From contig NZ_CAXTNP010000005.1 in NCBI RefSeq assembly GCF_964245575.1, forward strand, positions 899 through 64,898: 64,000 nucleotides of DNA, read 5' to 3'. Numbering within the stretch: the first letter of the stretch is position 1; each line of letters opens with the position of its first letter. The notes under the pieces were generated by a model that was not told the DNA's origin, searched no databases, and worked only from the letters and a program-made list of their open reading frames with translations. The translations under genes and the position numbers were made by a program. The DNA comes from an uncultured Nostoc sp. (lineage in GTDB: Bacteria > Cyanobacteriota > Cyanobacteriia > Cyanobacteriales > Nostocaceae). Positions 1 through 9,584 of this stretch are shown in pieces.

Positions 1-404
1 TACCGCAAGGCGGAAGTCATGCATTCAACACATTCACGCATTCATCTATAATTGTATTCCAAGCTCTTGCGCCATTTGAAATGGTGAACCAGCGCTGCGG
101 GAGGGTTTCCCTTTGCAGGCGACTGGTGAACCCGAAGGGTATGTTTATTTCCGCGCCTGCTGTACTAGTACACTAAGGCAATAAATAACAACTATCGAGT
201 TATAAATAACGCAAAGGCTGATAGTATAACCTTTCTTACCTCCTGCTTTTTTGCACTAGTTATGTCGGCTATATAACAATTAGTTCAGAGTAATTTCAAA
301 AGCTGGGGAGTCTCACAAATAATTGCATTGTTTTGACCGATTTTGGTCATTTCTTATTTTGCTGCTTTAGTTAGTGCAATGTCTAAGTTAGTAATGAAAA
401 GTTT

Positions 405-454
405 GTAGTAAGTACAAAGCGTGCTTAGAACATTAGGACTAAAGTCCTTACTAC
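405..454. repeat. Hairpin-type dispersed intergenic repeat
   Basis: Outer arms GTAGTAAG / CTTACTAC enclose a perfect inner palindrome AGGACT-AA-AGTCCT, in non-coding DNA. Confidence 0.4.
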
Positions 455-691
455 GAACTTGCTTATGCATCAATTTAAACTTGACGCACTAGTAGATGGC
501 TTCCAATAAACAGGTTTATTCATCTGCTTATTGATATTACCTACGTCAAAGCCATGAGTTTGGCTCAAGATTCTTCTCTAGAAAAAAAGAAAATCAGCCT
601 GCTAGCACCAGACCGTTCTCTTTAATTTGAGAATATGAAATAATGCAAATATTGCTTGACTCCACCATCCATCTATAGGTAGATTTATTAT

Positions 692-1045
692 TTAGGCTGC
701 TAGCACCAGGCTGTTATCTTTAACGGTGGTAAAAATGTCTTCATAAGTGGGAAAAATTTCAAACACTGAATCTAGTTGGGTAAGTTCCAAAATTAACCGT
801 ACAGGATCTTGCACGTTGCATAGAACCAAGCGACAACCACTCTGACGTGCAGCTTTCAACCCTTTTACTAAAGGGACTAACCCAGAACTGTCCATGAAAT
901 TAACTTCTGCTAGGTCGATAATCCAGAGTTGATGAGCTTGGGGCACTACTTTAGCCATCTGTTCACTCAAAGTCTTACCGCCTTCCAAATCTATACTTGC
1001 TTGGGGTTTAAACAAAATCACTTGAAGTTCTTGTGTGAGAATCAT
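692..1045 (-). CDS. STAS-domain anti-sigma-factor antagonist (SpoIIAA-like)
   Basis: 117 aa. Contains the STAS signature region LAEVNFMDSSGL followed by LVLCNV...L. Confidence 0.75.
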   Translation of the reverse strand: MILTQELQVILFKPQASIDLEGGKTLSEQMAKVVPQAHQLWIIDLAEVNFMDSSGLVPLVKGLKAARQSGCRLVLCNVQDPVRLILELTQLDSVFEIFPTYEDIFTTVKDNSLVLAA

Positions 1046-1533
1046 AAATTTAACAGGGTAGTTGGAATACTTGACGAGAAATTGAAAAAAGACATTAATA
1101 CTTCTTTTCTTTCAACAGCAAAATTACTGTTTTACCCTGATATTTGGGTAATTGCAGTCGTGCAGTTGAGAGTGATTATTTCAGTATTCATGCCGTATAA
1201 TTTGTGATAACTTTCATCAATATAGGCATAAACGCCTAACAATTTCGGTATCAACCGTATCTTTTACAAGATTTTTATCATTTAACTGGATATTTATAAA
1301 TTTTTTATAAAAATTTTAATTTGTTTGTAATAAATTATGAAATTTTGGTATGAACCTCTAAAAAATGCATAATTAATAGTAAAAAATTAATAGTTACCGT
1401 AAACTATAATTTATCGATTATTCAGAATTAAACTAATGACTCAATGGCTCTATGTAGCGGTTTAATTGACACCCCGTGCATAAACAAACAATGATATAAT
1501 AAAAGTAAAAATTTGTAAAGACGGTGGTGCGGG

Positions 1534-2166
1534 ATGTCTTTAGAGCTGATTTCACTAGAAAATATCCAGAAAGTCGCCCATACATACGGGTATTGGGCAA
1601 TTTTTTTGGGAATTTTGCTAGAAAATTTAGGCATTCCCCTTCCTGGCGAAACCGTAACCTTAGTAGGCGGGTTTTTAGCTGGCAGCGATGAACTGAATTT
1701 CTGGCTGGTTCTCGGTGATGCAGTTATGGGTGCTGTAATTGGCGGCACTTGTGGCTATTGGATTGGTAGAGTTAGCGGTTGGCCTTTTCTGGTAAAAGTT
1801 GGTAGCTTCTTTCGGGTTTCTGAAGTGCGGCTGCTGACTATTAAAGATCAATTTAGTCAAAATAGTGCTAAAGCAGTATTTTTTGGACGTTTTTTGGCAT
1901 TGTTGCGAGTTTTTGCTGCACCACTAGCTGGTATAGCCGAAATGCCCTTTGGAAAATTCTTTTTATACAACTTTTTAGGAGCAGTTGCTTGGGCTAGCTT
2001 GATGGTGACATTGGCTTTTTTTGCTGGCAAAATTGTTTCTTTAGAGCAATTAGTTGCTTGGGTGGGTCAATTTGCGATCGCAGCCTTACTGATATTGGCT
2101 ACCTTAATTTTTGTGCCCCTGTGGCTAGAGTCTCGCCAAGTTAAAGAAGCGAGTAGTGAAAAGTAA
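1534..2166 (+). CDS. DedA/SNARE-associated family membrane protein
   Basis: 210 aa, multi-TM. Has the DedA-like motifs GIPLPGETV and FFGRF. Confidence 0.8.
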   Translation: MSLELISLENIQKVAHTYGYWAIFLGILLENLGIPLPGETVTLVGGFLAGSDELNFWLVLGDAVMGAVIGGTCGYWIGRVSGWPFLVKVGSFFRVSEVRLLTIKDQFSQNSAKAVFFGRFLALLRVFAAPLAGIAEMPFGKFFLYNFLGAVAWASLMVTLAFFAGKIVSLEQLVAWVGQFAIAALLILATLIFVPLWLESRQVKEASSEK

Positions 2167-2187
2167 AAAATGAGGAGTGAGGAGTAG

Positions 2188-2207
2188 AGACGCGATTAAT
2201 CGCGTCT
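2188..2207. repeat. Palindromic intergenic repeat AGACGCGATTAATCGCGTCT (family copy 1); likely bidirectional terminator
   Basis: Perfect 20-nt palindrome between the convergent DedA and argG genes, preceded by GAGGAGT heptamers. Confidence 0.7.
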
Positions 2208-2356
2208 GTACAAAGTTATTTTTTACTTTTTGTATTTTGCATTTTTAACTCCTAACTCTGCCAATTTTGGATTTTAGATTTCTCCTTCAATCCAAAATCC
2301 AAGTTGCGCTTCCAGCGCACCAAAGGTGCGACCCAAAATCTAAAATTGAATGATTG

Positions 2357-3559
2357 CTAACTTTTAATTTTCTGCGACCAAATACGAGTTGGTAGCCCCC
2401 AAACGTAAATAAAGCCTTCAGCAGCTTTGTGATCAAATTGGTCTTCGGCTCCGTAGGTTGCTAAATCAGGAGTATAGAGGGAATTATCACTCGAACGCCC
2501 AACTATCGTAGAGTTGCCCTTGAACAACTTGACTCGCACGGTTCCAGAGACTTGCTCTTGTGTCTTTTGAATAAAGGCATCCAGGGCAACTTTGAGTGGA
2601 CTGTACCACAAACCGTTGTAAACGATTTGGCTGTAAGTCTCTTCAATCCCACGCTTGTAATGGGTGACATCTGCCGTCAAAGTCAAACTTTCTAAATCCC
2701 TATGTGCCTGAATTAGCACCAACATTGCCGGTGATTCGTAGATTTCCCGCGATTTGATGCCCACCAGACGGTTCTCGATCATGTCGATCCGTCCGATACC
2801 GTGATTTCCTGCCGCCTGATTGAGTTCTTCAATTAGTTCAACTGGCTTTTTAGCTATACCGTTGAGGGTTGTCGGAATACCACCGTGGAAGCCAATTTCG
2901 ATGTACTCTGGCTCGTTAGGAGTATCAGCGATCGCTTTGGTCATTTCATAAATTTCTTCTGGTGGCTCAAATGACGGATCTTCGAGTAAACCAGCTTCAA
3001 TACTACGACCGAGCAAATTTTTATCAATGCTGTAGGGAGAGGATTTTTTGACTGGTGAGAGGATACCAAACTTTTCCCCATAAGCGATGGTTTCCTCACG
3101 GCTCATGCCCCATTCTCTGGCTGGTGCGAGGATTTTTAGGTTGGGGTTTAAGGCGGTAACTGAGACATCAAAGCGAACCTGATCGTTACCTTTGCCGGTG
3201 CAACCGTGAGCGATCGCATCAGCGCCATATTTTTCAGCCGTTTCTACTAATACCTTGGCAATCAGTGGACGAGCAAGGGCAGTTCCGAGAGGATAACGAC
3301 TTTCATAAAGAGCGTTGGCTTGAATCGCTCCAAAGGCGTAATCTCTAACGAAGCTGTCTTTGACATCCGCCACGAGGGATTCACTTGCACCCGATTTCAG
3401 AGCTTTTTCTCGAACTGGCTCTAATTCATCTCCCTGACCTAAATCTGCTGCTAGGGTAATCACCTCTTCCACACCCCACTCCTGTTTGAGGTAAGGGATG
3501 CAAACGGAGGTATCCACTCCACCAGAATATGCTAGGACAACCTTTTTGGCGCGACCCAT
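2357..3559 (-). CDS. argG: Argininosuccinate synthase
   Basis: 400 aa. N-terminal [12 protein letters not shown]-pyrophosphatase motif; full-length resemblance to ArgG. Confidence 0.97.
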   Translation of the reverse strand: MGRAKKVVLAYSGGVDTSVCIPYLKQEWGVEEVITLAADLGQGDELEPVREKALKSGASESLVADVKDSFVRDYAFGAIQANALYESRYPLGTALARPLIAKVLVETAEKYGADAIAHGCTGKGNDQVRFDVSVTALNPNLKILAPAREWGMSREETIAYGEKFGILSPVKKSSPYSIDKNLLGRSIEAGLLEDPSFEPPEEIYEMTKAIADTPNEPEYIEIGFHGGIPTTLNGIAKKPVELIEELNQAAGNHGIGRIDMIENRLVGIKSREIYESPAMLVLIQAHRDLESLTLTADVTHYKRGIEETYSQIVYNGLWYSPLKVALDAFIQKTQEQVSGTVRVKLFKGNSTIVGRSSDNSLYTPDLATYGAEDQFDHKAAEGFIYVWGLPTRIWSQKIKS

Positions 3560-3802
3560 TAATTTCTCCAGTTAGGAAAACAAACAATGAGTCATTATTA
3601 TATCTAAACAATCCATGTATATTTTATTCATGCAACAACTAATAGGTTAATTAACTGCAAACCCAGACATTACCGTTAACTCTTGTCTGATGCTAATAAA
3701 ACGATGTAGTAATCCTAAATTATTATGTGAATAACAAGATTCCCTAACTTTTTAGAAAAATTGGGAATCTGAGCTTTGAGATTTTCTAATTTTAAAAATT
3801 TG

Positions 3803-3824
3803 CGGGGTAGATAATCCTACCCCG
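3803..3824 (-). terminator. Candidate stem-loop terminator downstream of the PEP-CTERM gene
   Basis: CGGGGTAG-ATAATC-CTACCCCG gives an 8-bp perfect stem. It is followed on the minus strand by an A/T-rich run. Confidence 0.45.
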
Positions 3825-3875
3825 TTATTCTTGATAATTTGATTTAAGCTTTTGTGCTTGATGGTTTAGAAGATG

Positions 3876-4349
3876 CTATCTTTTTACCCAAAATAAACTC
3901 AACCCGAATACAGACAATCCAAGCATCAAACTTGGCTCTGGAACACTGGTATAAGTGACGGTCTGAACACCTGCACTACTTGAATCGTTCAGATTGATAA
4001 AATTTTCGCGGTAGACATTAAAAGCGCTAGGTGTAAAATATAACCCTAACCCTGCTTGGTTAAAAATTGTTCCTGAGAAGTCAGTGAAAACTGACGCTAA
4101 AGGATCATCAGCTTCAGTGTATGACTGACCACCATAGCTAGCAGAAATCTTTAAACCTTCTGCGATCGTTACTTCTTGATCGTCTGCTGCTGCTTGGTCA
4201 AATGAAAAAGTGCCTGTGAGAGTTTTATCGTCGTTAGAAAAATTATAAGTTACGGCTGCTGCTTGAGCAGGGATAGTCTCCCCTAACGAAAAAATCAAAG
4301 CAGTTCCTACCGTTGCAGCTGCTAACTTCTTGAAGATGGAGTCAGTCAT
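3876..4349 (-). CDS. PEP-CTERM sorting-domain secreted protein
   Basis: 157 aa with an N-terminal signal peptide. The C-terminus VPEPSLMLGLSVFGLSLFWVKR shows PEP motif, TM helix and basic tail. Confidence 0.7.
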   Translation of the reverse strand: MTDSIFKKLAAATVGTALIFSLGETIPAQAAAVTYNFSNDDKTLTGTFSFDQAAADDQEVTIAEGLKISASYGGQSYTEADDPLASVFTDFSGTIFNQAGLGLYFTPSAFNVYRENFINLNDSSSAGVQTVTYTSVPEPSLMLGLSVFGLSLFWVKR

Positions 4350-4392
4350 TTTTTACCCTTGATAAAGAACAGGTGCAATAGTTTTTTGAGAC

Positions 4393-4416
4393 AGAGACGT
4401 GCTTACACACGTCTCT
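4393..4416. repeat. Variant palindromic repeat AGAGACGTG-cttaca-CACGTCTCT
   Basis: 9-bp perfect stem between the phosphatase stop and the PEP-CTERM start. Its arms are related to the GAGACGCG family. Confidence 0.5.
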
Positions 4417-4464
4417 GCAACACAAAGCTTTTCAGTTAGTGTTTAGTGAAGCGGTGTATTAATT

Positions 4465-6426
4465 TCACGGACTTGCGATCGCAGTTTTCATGGCTTGGAA
4501 GATATGACTTTGGTCAACCACACCCCGAACACCAGGGACACTGTAAGTACCAGAGCTATCTTTAATCTGAAAACCTTGTCCTAGCGATCGGGTCAGAGTT
4601 GATGCGTAAGCACCTTGGTAGTAAACAGGTACAACGCGGCGGCTATGGCTACCCCAGAGATATTTGTAATTTGGATCAGACCCCCAGAAGTGACCAGCAT
4701 CAGTAGGATTGTGCTTGACGAAGGTGATGTCCTTGGCGTTATATTTCAAGCCTTTAGCCTGATTTGGGTTAGGATTGGCAGTCAATTTAGAGGCAAAGTC
4801 ATTATTCAGAGTTAGGTAATGGTCATGGTCAGCAGTAACCAGTAGCAGGTTCTTGCTCCAACCACCATGATTATCTACCCAACTAATTACCTGCTGGACT
4901 GCCTTATCAAAATCATTCATGGTACCAATCAGGTTATCCATGTTGTTGTCATGAGCAGCCCAATCGATATCGCCTCCCTCAACCATCAGCCAGAAGCCAT
5001 CTTTGTCTTTACCTAAAACGGTTAAAGCTGCTTTGGTTAAATCAGCCAAAGTTGGATTTTCGTTAATTTCTTTGGCGATAAAGCTGGCATCAGTTTCACC
5101 AGGAGCCAGAGGACGAACAGTATCGGGTGCAGGAGCATTAGGAGCGATGGGATTACCAGCTGCATCAATGACAGGAACACAATCGCCAATACTACCAGTT
5201 ATTATCTTTCCTGATGGACAGGTAGCCGGAGTTCCAGGCTTGACAACAGAGGTATAAAGTGTGAAGTTACCCAGACCTGTACTGCTGTAGTCACCTTTAG
5301 AGGAGCTGGTAGGAATGTTGCCATCTTGTCCACGCGCACCATACAGACCAAATAATCTGCCTCCCTTATTGGGGTCGATTTTAGCAGCCGTTTTTAGGAG
5401 TGTCTTAGCTGCATTAGGGCCGCGTTCCAAAAAGGTATAGCCGTAACGATTGGATGTAGGATTATTCTTCAAATGCTGGTAAGTGTCTTCTGTAATATAC
5501 GTATACTTAAATACGCCATCGGCTGTACTTGTAGTGGCTTGATTTTCAAAATCTTTGGGATGACCGCCACCCAACAAAATATTGGGCTGAAAGTTCAGCA
5601 ATGTCTGTTGCAAAATGCTGTCTTGGTTGGTCTTGCTGGGGTCGTAAACACTGTCGTACTTACTACGACGATTTACGAAAGAAGCCGCAGCGCCAGGTGT
5701 TGCATGGCTAACAGGTACGGAAGTTACCAAGCCTGTAGACTTACCTTTTTCTTTGGCAATTTCCAGGATTGTTTTCAACTTCTTCTCGTAAATGTCTACG
5801 CCCATCGCGTTGTTAAAGCTTTTTACTCCCGTATACAGAGTTGTAGCTGTATTAGCAGAGTCGGGATAACTATATTTGATGTAATCTTTGTCATAAGTAC
5901 CAGAATTAGCAGGGGTCAAAGGAACCCAAGGAACAGGGCCGCCCTTACTGATGTCATAACCTGACAGATTACCATTCTCTAAGCTATTGCCATCAGCTCG
6001 ATTGCCAGGATTAAAAGGAGTAGGCTGGAATGAGAAGTTGGGACGAATAGGACTTGCACCAGTGAGTGGATTAGACCCATCTAAAGCAGAGTTAGTTGTT
6101 AGATGGGGTTGGTCTGTTGGGTTGGCTGGTGTATTTCCTTGAATTGTTGTGCCGTAAGTAGTCACCAATCCATATCCACTTAGCTTTTGGAAGCTCAGAC
6201 CTGAGCCTTTACCACTTGTGTAAAAAGGAGCGCCTTTGGCAACGGCTGCGGCCCGTGCCATATTCCAACCCATACCATCGCCAATCATGATAATTACGTT
6301 AATTCCATTACCAGCGGCCATAGTCGGCTGAAAAACAGAATTACCAAATACCAGTAGAACGGTGCAGAGGAAGCCAGCCATAGTAAAGGCTAGAAATCGC
6401 TTGTACTTTTGCAAAAATGAAATCAT
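4465..6426 (-). CDS. Alkaline phosphatase (PhoA family), secreted
   Basis: 653 aa. PhoA-type motifs present: IGDGMGW, DSANTATT (active-site Ser region), HATPGAA, EGGDIDWAAHDNN and VTADHDH. N-terminal signal/TM segment. Confidence 0.85.
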   Translation of the reverse strand: MISFLQKYKRFLAFTMAGFLCTVLLVFGNSVFQPTMAAGNGINVIIMIGDGMGWNMARAAAVAKGAPFYTSGKGSGLSFQKLSGYGLVTTYGTTIQGNTPANPTDQPHLTTNSALDGSNPLTGASPIRPNFSFQPTPFNPGNRADGNSLENGNLSGYDISKGGPVPWVPLTPANSGTYDKDYIKYSYPDSANTATTLYTGVKSFNNAMGVDIYEKKLKTILEIAKEKGKSTGLVTSVPVSHATPGAAASFVNRRSKYDSVYDPSKTNQDSILQQTLLNFQPNILLGGGHPKDFENQATTSTADGVFKYTYITEDTYQHLKNNPTSNRYGYTFLERGPNAAKTLLKTAAKIDPNKGGRLFGLYGARGQDGNIPTSSSKGDYSSTGLGNFTLYTSVVKPGTPATCPSGKIITGSIGDCVPVIDAAGNPIAPNAPAPDTVRPLAPGETDASFIAKEINENPTLADLTKAALTVLGKDKDGFWLMVEGGDIDWAAHDNNMDNLIGTMNDFDKAVQQVISWVDNHGGWSKNLLLVTADHDHYLTLNNDFASKLTANPNPNQAKGLKYNAKDITFVKHNPTDAGHFWGSDPNYKYLWGSHSRRVVPVYYQGAYASTLTRSLGQGFQIKDSSGTYSVPGVRGVVDQSHIFQAMKTAIASP

Positions 6427-6465
6427 TGCAGTGTGCCTTAAAGTTTATTGAGTAAGTGTTAGCCG

Positions 6466-6705
6466 TTAATACTGATAAAAATTGGGTTCTAGATGACTAG
6501 CACCAAAATCTGAGTATGTAGCAGTCACATCTGGCACAGTTGAGGCTGTAGCTTGACTTTGGTCAGAGGCGGTTGCTGGTTGTTGATTTGATGTTCCTAA
6601 GAACAACAAAGCTGCCATAACCAGACCAGATATAAACCAAACCAAGGCGCGTTTGTACTGTTTCAGTATTGAAATCATTTTGGATTTTTGAATTAGAGTA
6701 ATCAT
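6466..6705 (-). CDS. Small secreted/membrane protein of unknown function
   Basis: 79 aa (70 aa if it starts at the second Met, 6678). Its signal-peptide region is clearly similar to that of the downstream phosphatase. Confidence 0.35.
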   Translation of the reverse strand: MITLIQKSKMISILKQYKRALVWFISGLVMAALLFLGTSNQQPATASDQSQATASTVPDVTATYSDFGASHLEPNFYQY

Positions 6706-6881
6706 TAGGAAACCTCTTAGTAAATAACCAAGTTACAATCAGCGATCGCTATGCTTTGACAATTGGCAAAAATGTCAACAAGCATTATATTTAAAAATTA
6801 TTTAAAAGCTAAATTTAGATAAAAAATTGAGAAACCATACTAATAATTATCAAAACTATCTATTTAGCTAGGTTCTAGATT

Positions 6882-7856
6882 TTAATTTGTTTTATTGGCA
6901 GATAACTTAAAAACTAAATCTTGGTTAAATAAAGGATGAATTTGTAGCGCTGAAGGTTTTATACAGCTAGTTAACTGCAAAGTTATCTCAGCAATATTAA
7001 AAGTTTTTCGGATGTGAGTTTCCAACTTAGTAAGTAAGCGATCGCGTTCCTGGATAGTTATACATTCAACTGTCAAATTGGTACAAAGCATTACCTTGTC
7101 TAAGCTAATTGTCCAGATGTGAAGTTTTTCTACTTCAACAACACCAGGAAAAGATTTGAGAGATATTTCCACCTCAACAGGGTCTATTGATTCCGGTGCA
7201 TACTCCAAAAAAATCCTTAAACTTTCTTGCACTAAAGGTAAAGCACTCAAACCCGTAAAAGTTGCAACGACTATACTAATAGCAACATCTGCCCACCACC
7301 AATCCCAAAGATGAACTGCTAAAGCAGCTATAATTACGCCAACAGAACTAACAGTATCGGCGATGACATGAAGCAAAGCTCCCCGCAGGTTTAAGTCGTT
7401 GTGAGTGTGGGGATGAAGTAAAGTAATATTGAGCAGATTGACCATTAAGCCTAATACTGCTATTGCTAACATTGGTAAGCCTAAAATTGCTGCTGGATGT
7501 TGCCAGCGTTGAATAGCTTCAAATACGATAAAAGTAGCGATCGCAAGTAAACCTAATCCATTCACCAAAGCTGCTAAAACTTCGATACGCTGATGTCCAA
7601 ATGTTGCTTTTTTATTAGCTGGTTGCTGTGCTAAAAAACTAGCAAGTAGCGATATCACCAAGGCTGTAATATCCGATAGAATGTGTCCTGCATCCGCCTG
7701 TAAAGATAGACTTTGACTCCATAAACCCACACTCCACTCAGCAACAAAAAAAATAGCGAGTAAACCTACTGTTATCCACAAATTTTTTGCTTTTTGGTAA
7801 TTATTAACTACTTTTACACAATCATCTGCACATCCACACCATTGAAGTGAAAGCAT
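6882..7856 (-). CDS. Cation diffusion facilitator (CDF) metal efflux transporter (CzcD/ZitB-like)
   Basis: 324 aa with six predicted TM helices. HxxxD metal-site motifs (AGHILSDI, LLHVIADT), Cys-rich N-terminus and a C-terminal cytoplasmic domain. Confidence 0.85.
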   Translation of the reverse strand: MLSLQWCGCADDCVKVVNNYQKAKNLWITVGLLAIFFVAEWSVGLWSQSLSLQADAGHILSDITALVISLLASFLAQQPANKKATFGHQRIEVLAALVNGLGLLAIATFIVFEAIQRWQHPAAILGLPMLAIAVLGLMVNLLNITLLHPHTHNDLNLRGALLHVIADTVSSVGVIIAALAVHLWDWWWADVAISIVVATFTGLSALPLVQESLRIFLEYAPESIDPVEVEISLKSFPGVVEVEKLHIWTISLDKVMLCTNLTVECITIQERDRLLTKLETHIRKTFNIAEITLQLTSCIKPSALQIHPLFNQDLVFKLSANKTN

Positions 7857-8262
7857 TACTCAAAAAACCTTTTTACAGTACAGTAGTAGCTTCAAAAATT
7901 ATCACCAACCGTATTTGTGGTTAGGATTTTCTCAATTCGGAATTTATATCCTCAAATATTGTCTTTGAACAAGCTATGCTGAAATACTTTGTTTTCTATA
8001 CTTTTTTATAAAATTACTCACCAATATCTTCTGAAAATATGTTTTTTTAGATTCATTAGTATGTGAATACTATAAAAAAATTTATCCCGCTTAATTTAAG
8101 AAATGGTAATGCTTTTGTTAAAAATGAAAAATTAAAGTAAATTAACACTTATAATTTCCAGCAAACTTAGTACCAATCATCCTGTATGAATTTGTTACTA
8201 GTTACACATAAGTTTATTGGTAATCAAAACTTGCGATTAGCCTCCGAGTTGATATTATAGAA

Positions 8263-8277
8263 TGATAATCATTATTT
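8263..8277. promoter_or_regulatory. Zur/Fur-type 7-1-7 box TGATAAT-C-ATTATTT
   Basis: Apart from the spacer base, this is the same 15-mer as the box at 35008. It lies in the AT-rich 730-bp divergent region between the CDF and glycosyltransferase genes. Confidence 0.4.
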
Positions 8278-8585
8278 AAAACCTAATGATGTAGGTAATA
8301 AATATTTTTTTGATACGCAAATAGATATCTATAAGATGCGAATACAATTATCAAGTATATGAGCTTCTAATTTGTATATTCACTTATTACCAATACAGTT
8401 AGTTTAATCATTTTCATTTTTCAAAGTTCCTCCCGGTTCAGCCTGTACCAGAACCTATGACTCTTGGTGGTATAGCGAGCACTGGAAAGTAATATGGGCA
8501 GATTTACCATTTCCGTAACCAGAATTATCTAAGGAACAGTGTCAGCGTCACATCTGTCCTATCCTGGAGATGGATAAATAGTGTT

Positions 8586-9539
8586 GTGGGTGAGACTGTG
8601 TTTTTCAGCGTTGTGATACCGACTTATAATCGCCAACCGATTTTAGAAAAGTGCCTCCGCGCTTTAGAGGTGCAGGAATTAAGTAAGTCAAGTTCGGTTA
8701 CTGATTACGAGATTGTCTTGGTGGATGATGGTTCTACTGATGGCACATTGGAGTGGTTAGCAGCACACAAAGAAGAGTTTCCACATGTACGCTGGTTTCA
8801 GCAAGACCATGCTGGCCCTGCTGCGGCTCGAAATTTGGGGGTAGAACAGGCGCTGGGAGATACGATTATATTTATTGATAGTGATTTAGTAGTGCTGAAT
8901 AATTTCTTACATGCTCACGCTGAGGCGCTAGTGCAAGGAAAGGAGAAATTGGGGAGCGATCGCTTTTTTACTTACGGTGCAGTTATTAATACTTGTAATT
9001 TCAACAACCCAACGGCTGAACCCTACAAAGTAACCGATTTTTCCGCAGCTTTTTTTGCTACGGGAAATGTGGCAATCCCTAAATATTGGCTAGAGAAAGC
9101 TGGACTTTTTGACACTAGTTTCCAACTTTATGGCTGGGAAGATTTAGAACTAGGTGTGCGACTGAAAAAACTAGGTTTGACACTAATTAAATGTCCCGAA
9201 GCCGTCGGCTATCACTGGCATCCACCATTTAAATTAGAGCAAATTCCCCGATTGATTGACCAAGAAATTCAACGCGGACGTATGGGAGTTTTGTTTTATC
9301 AAAAGCATCCTATATGGGAAGTGCGAATGATGATTCAAATGACTTGGCTGCATCGTTTACTTTGGGGGATTTTATCACTCAATGGTGCGCTGAATGAACG
9401 GACAATGGCTCCATTGTTGCAATGGCTAATTAATTTAGGTAAACCACAATTAGCTTTAGAAATTGCCCGAATTTTTCTTAACTGGTATAACGTTAAAGGT
9501 GTTTATCAAGCTTATGCTGAAATGCAGCAAGCATCGTGA
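8586..9539 (+). CDS. Family 2 glycosyltransferase
   Basis: 317 aa. Motifs SVVIPTYNR, VDDGSTDGT and an IDSD (DxD) motif. Confidence 0.85.
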   Translation: MGETVFFSVVIPTYNRQPILEKCLRALEVQELSKSSSVTDYEIVLVDDGSTDGTLEWLAAHKEEFPHVRWFQQDHAGPAAARNLGVEQALGDTIIFIDSDLVVLNNFLHAHAEALVQGKEKLGSDRFFTYGAVINTCNFNNPTAEPYKVTDFSAAFFATGNVAIPKYWLEKAGLFDTSFQLYGWEDLELGVRLKKLGLTLIKCPEAVGYHWHPPFKLEQIPRLIDQEIQRGRMGVLFYQKHPIWEVRMMIQMTWLHRLLWGILSLNGALNERTMAPLLQWLINLGKPQLALEIARIFLNWYNVKGVYQAYAEMQQAS

Positions 9540-9584
9540 TTAAAAAGTAATGAGTACAGAGTTAGGTATAACACACAAGTAAAA

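Noticed and set aside
1-130. A possible partial gene or RNA at the left edge (sequence with GCGCTGCGGGAGGGTTTCCCTTTGCAGGCGACTGG).
   Set aside because: There is no open frame. The inverted GCGGGAGGG/CCCTTTGC-type arms look like another dispersed intergenic repeat, but with only one copy in the window I cannot support a call.
5473-5964. Long antisense or alternate-frame ORFs from the track inside well-supported genes. Examples: 5473-5964, 5003-5257, 14367-14642, 19235-19642, 26725-27069, 33123-33548, 46286-46663, 48779-49060, 31111-31410, 53648-53992.
   Set aside because: They lie fully within, or opposite to, genes with clear family signatures. Their translations are low-complexity or Cys/Ser/Leu-rich with no motifs. 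This is typical shadow-ORF behaviour.
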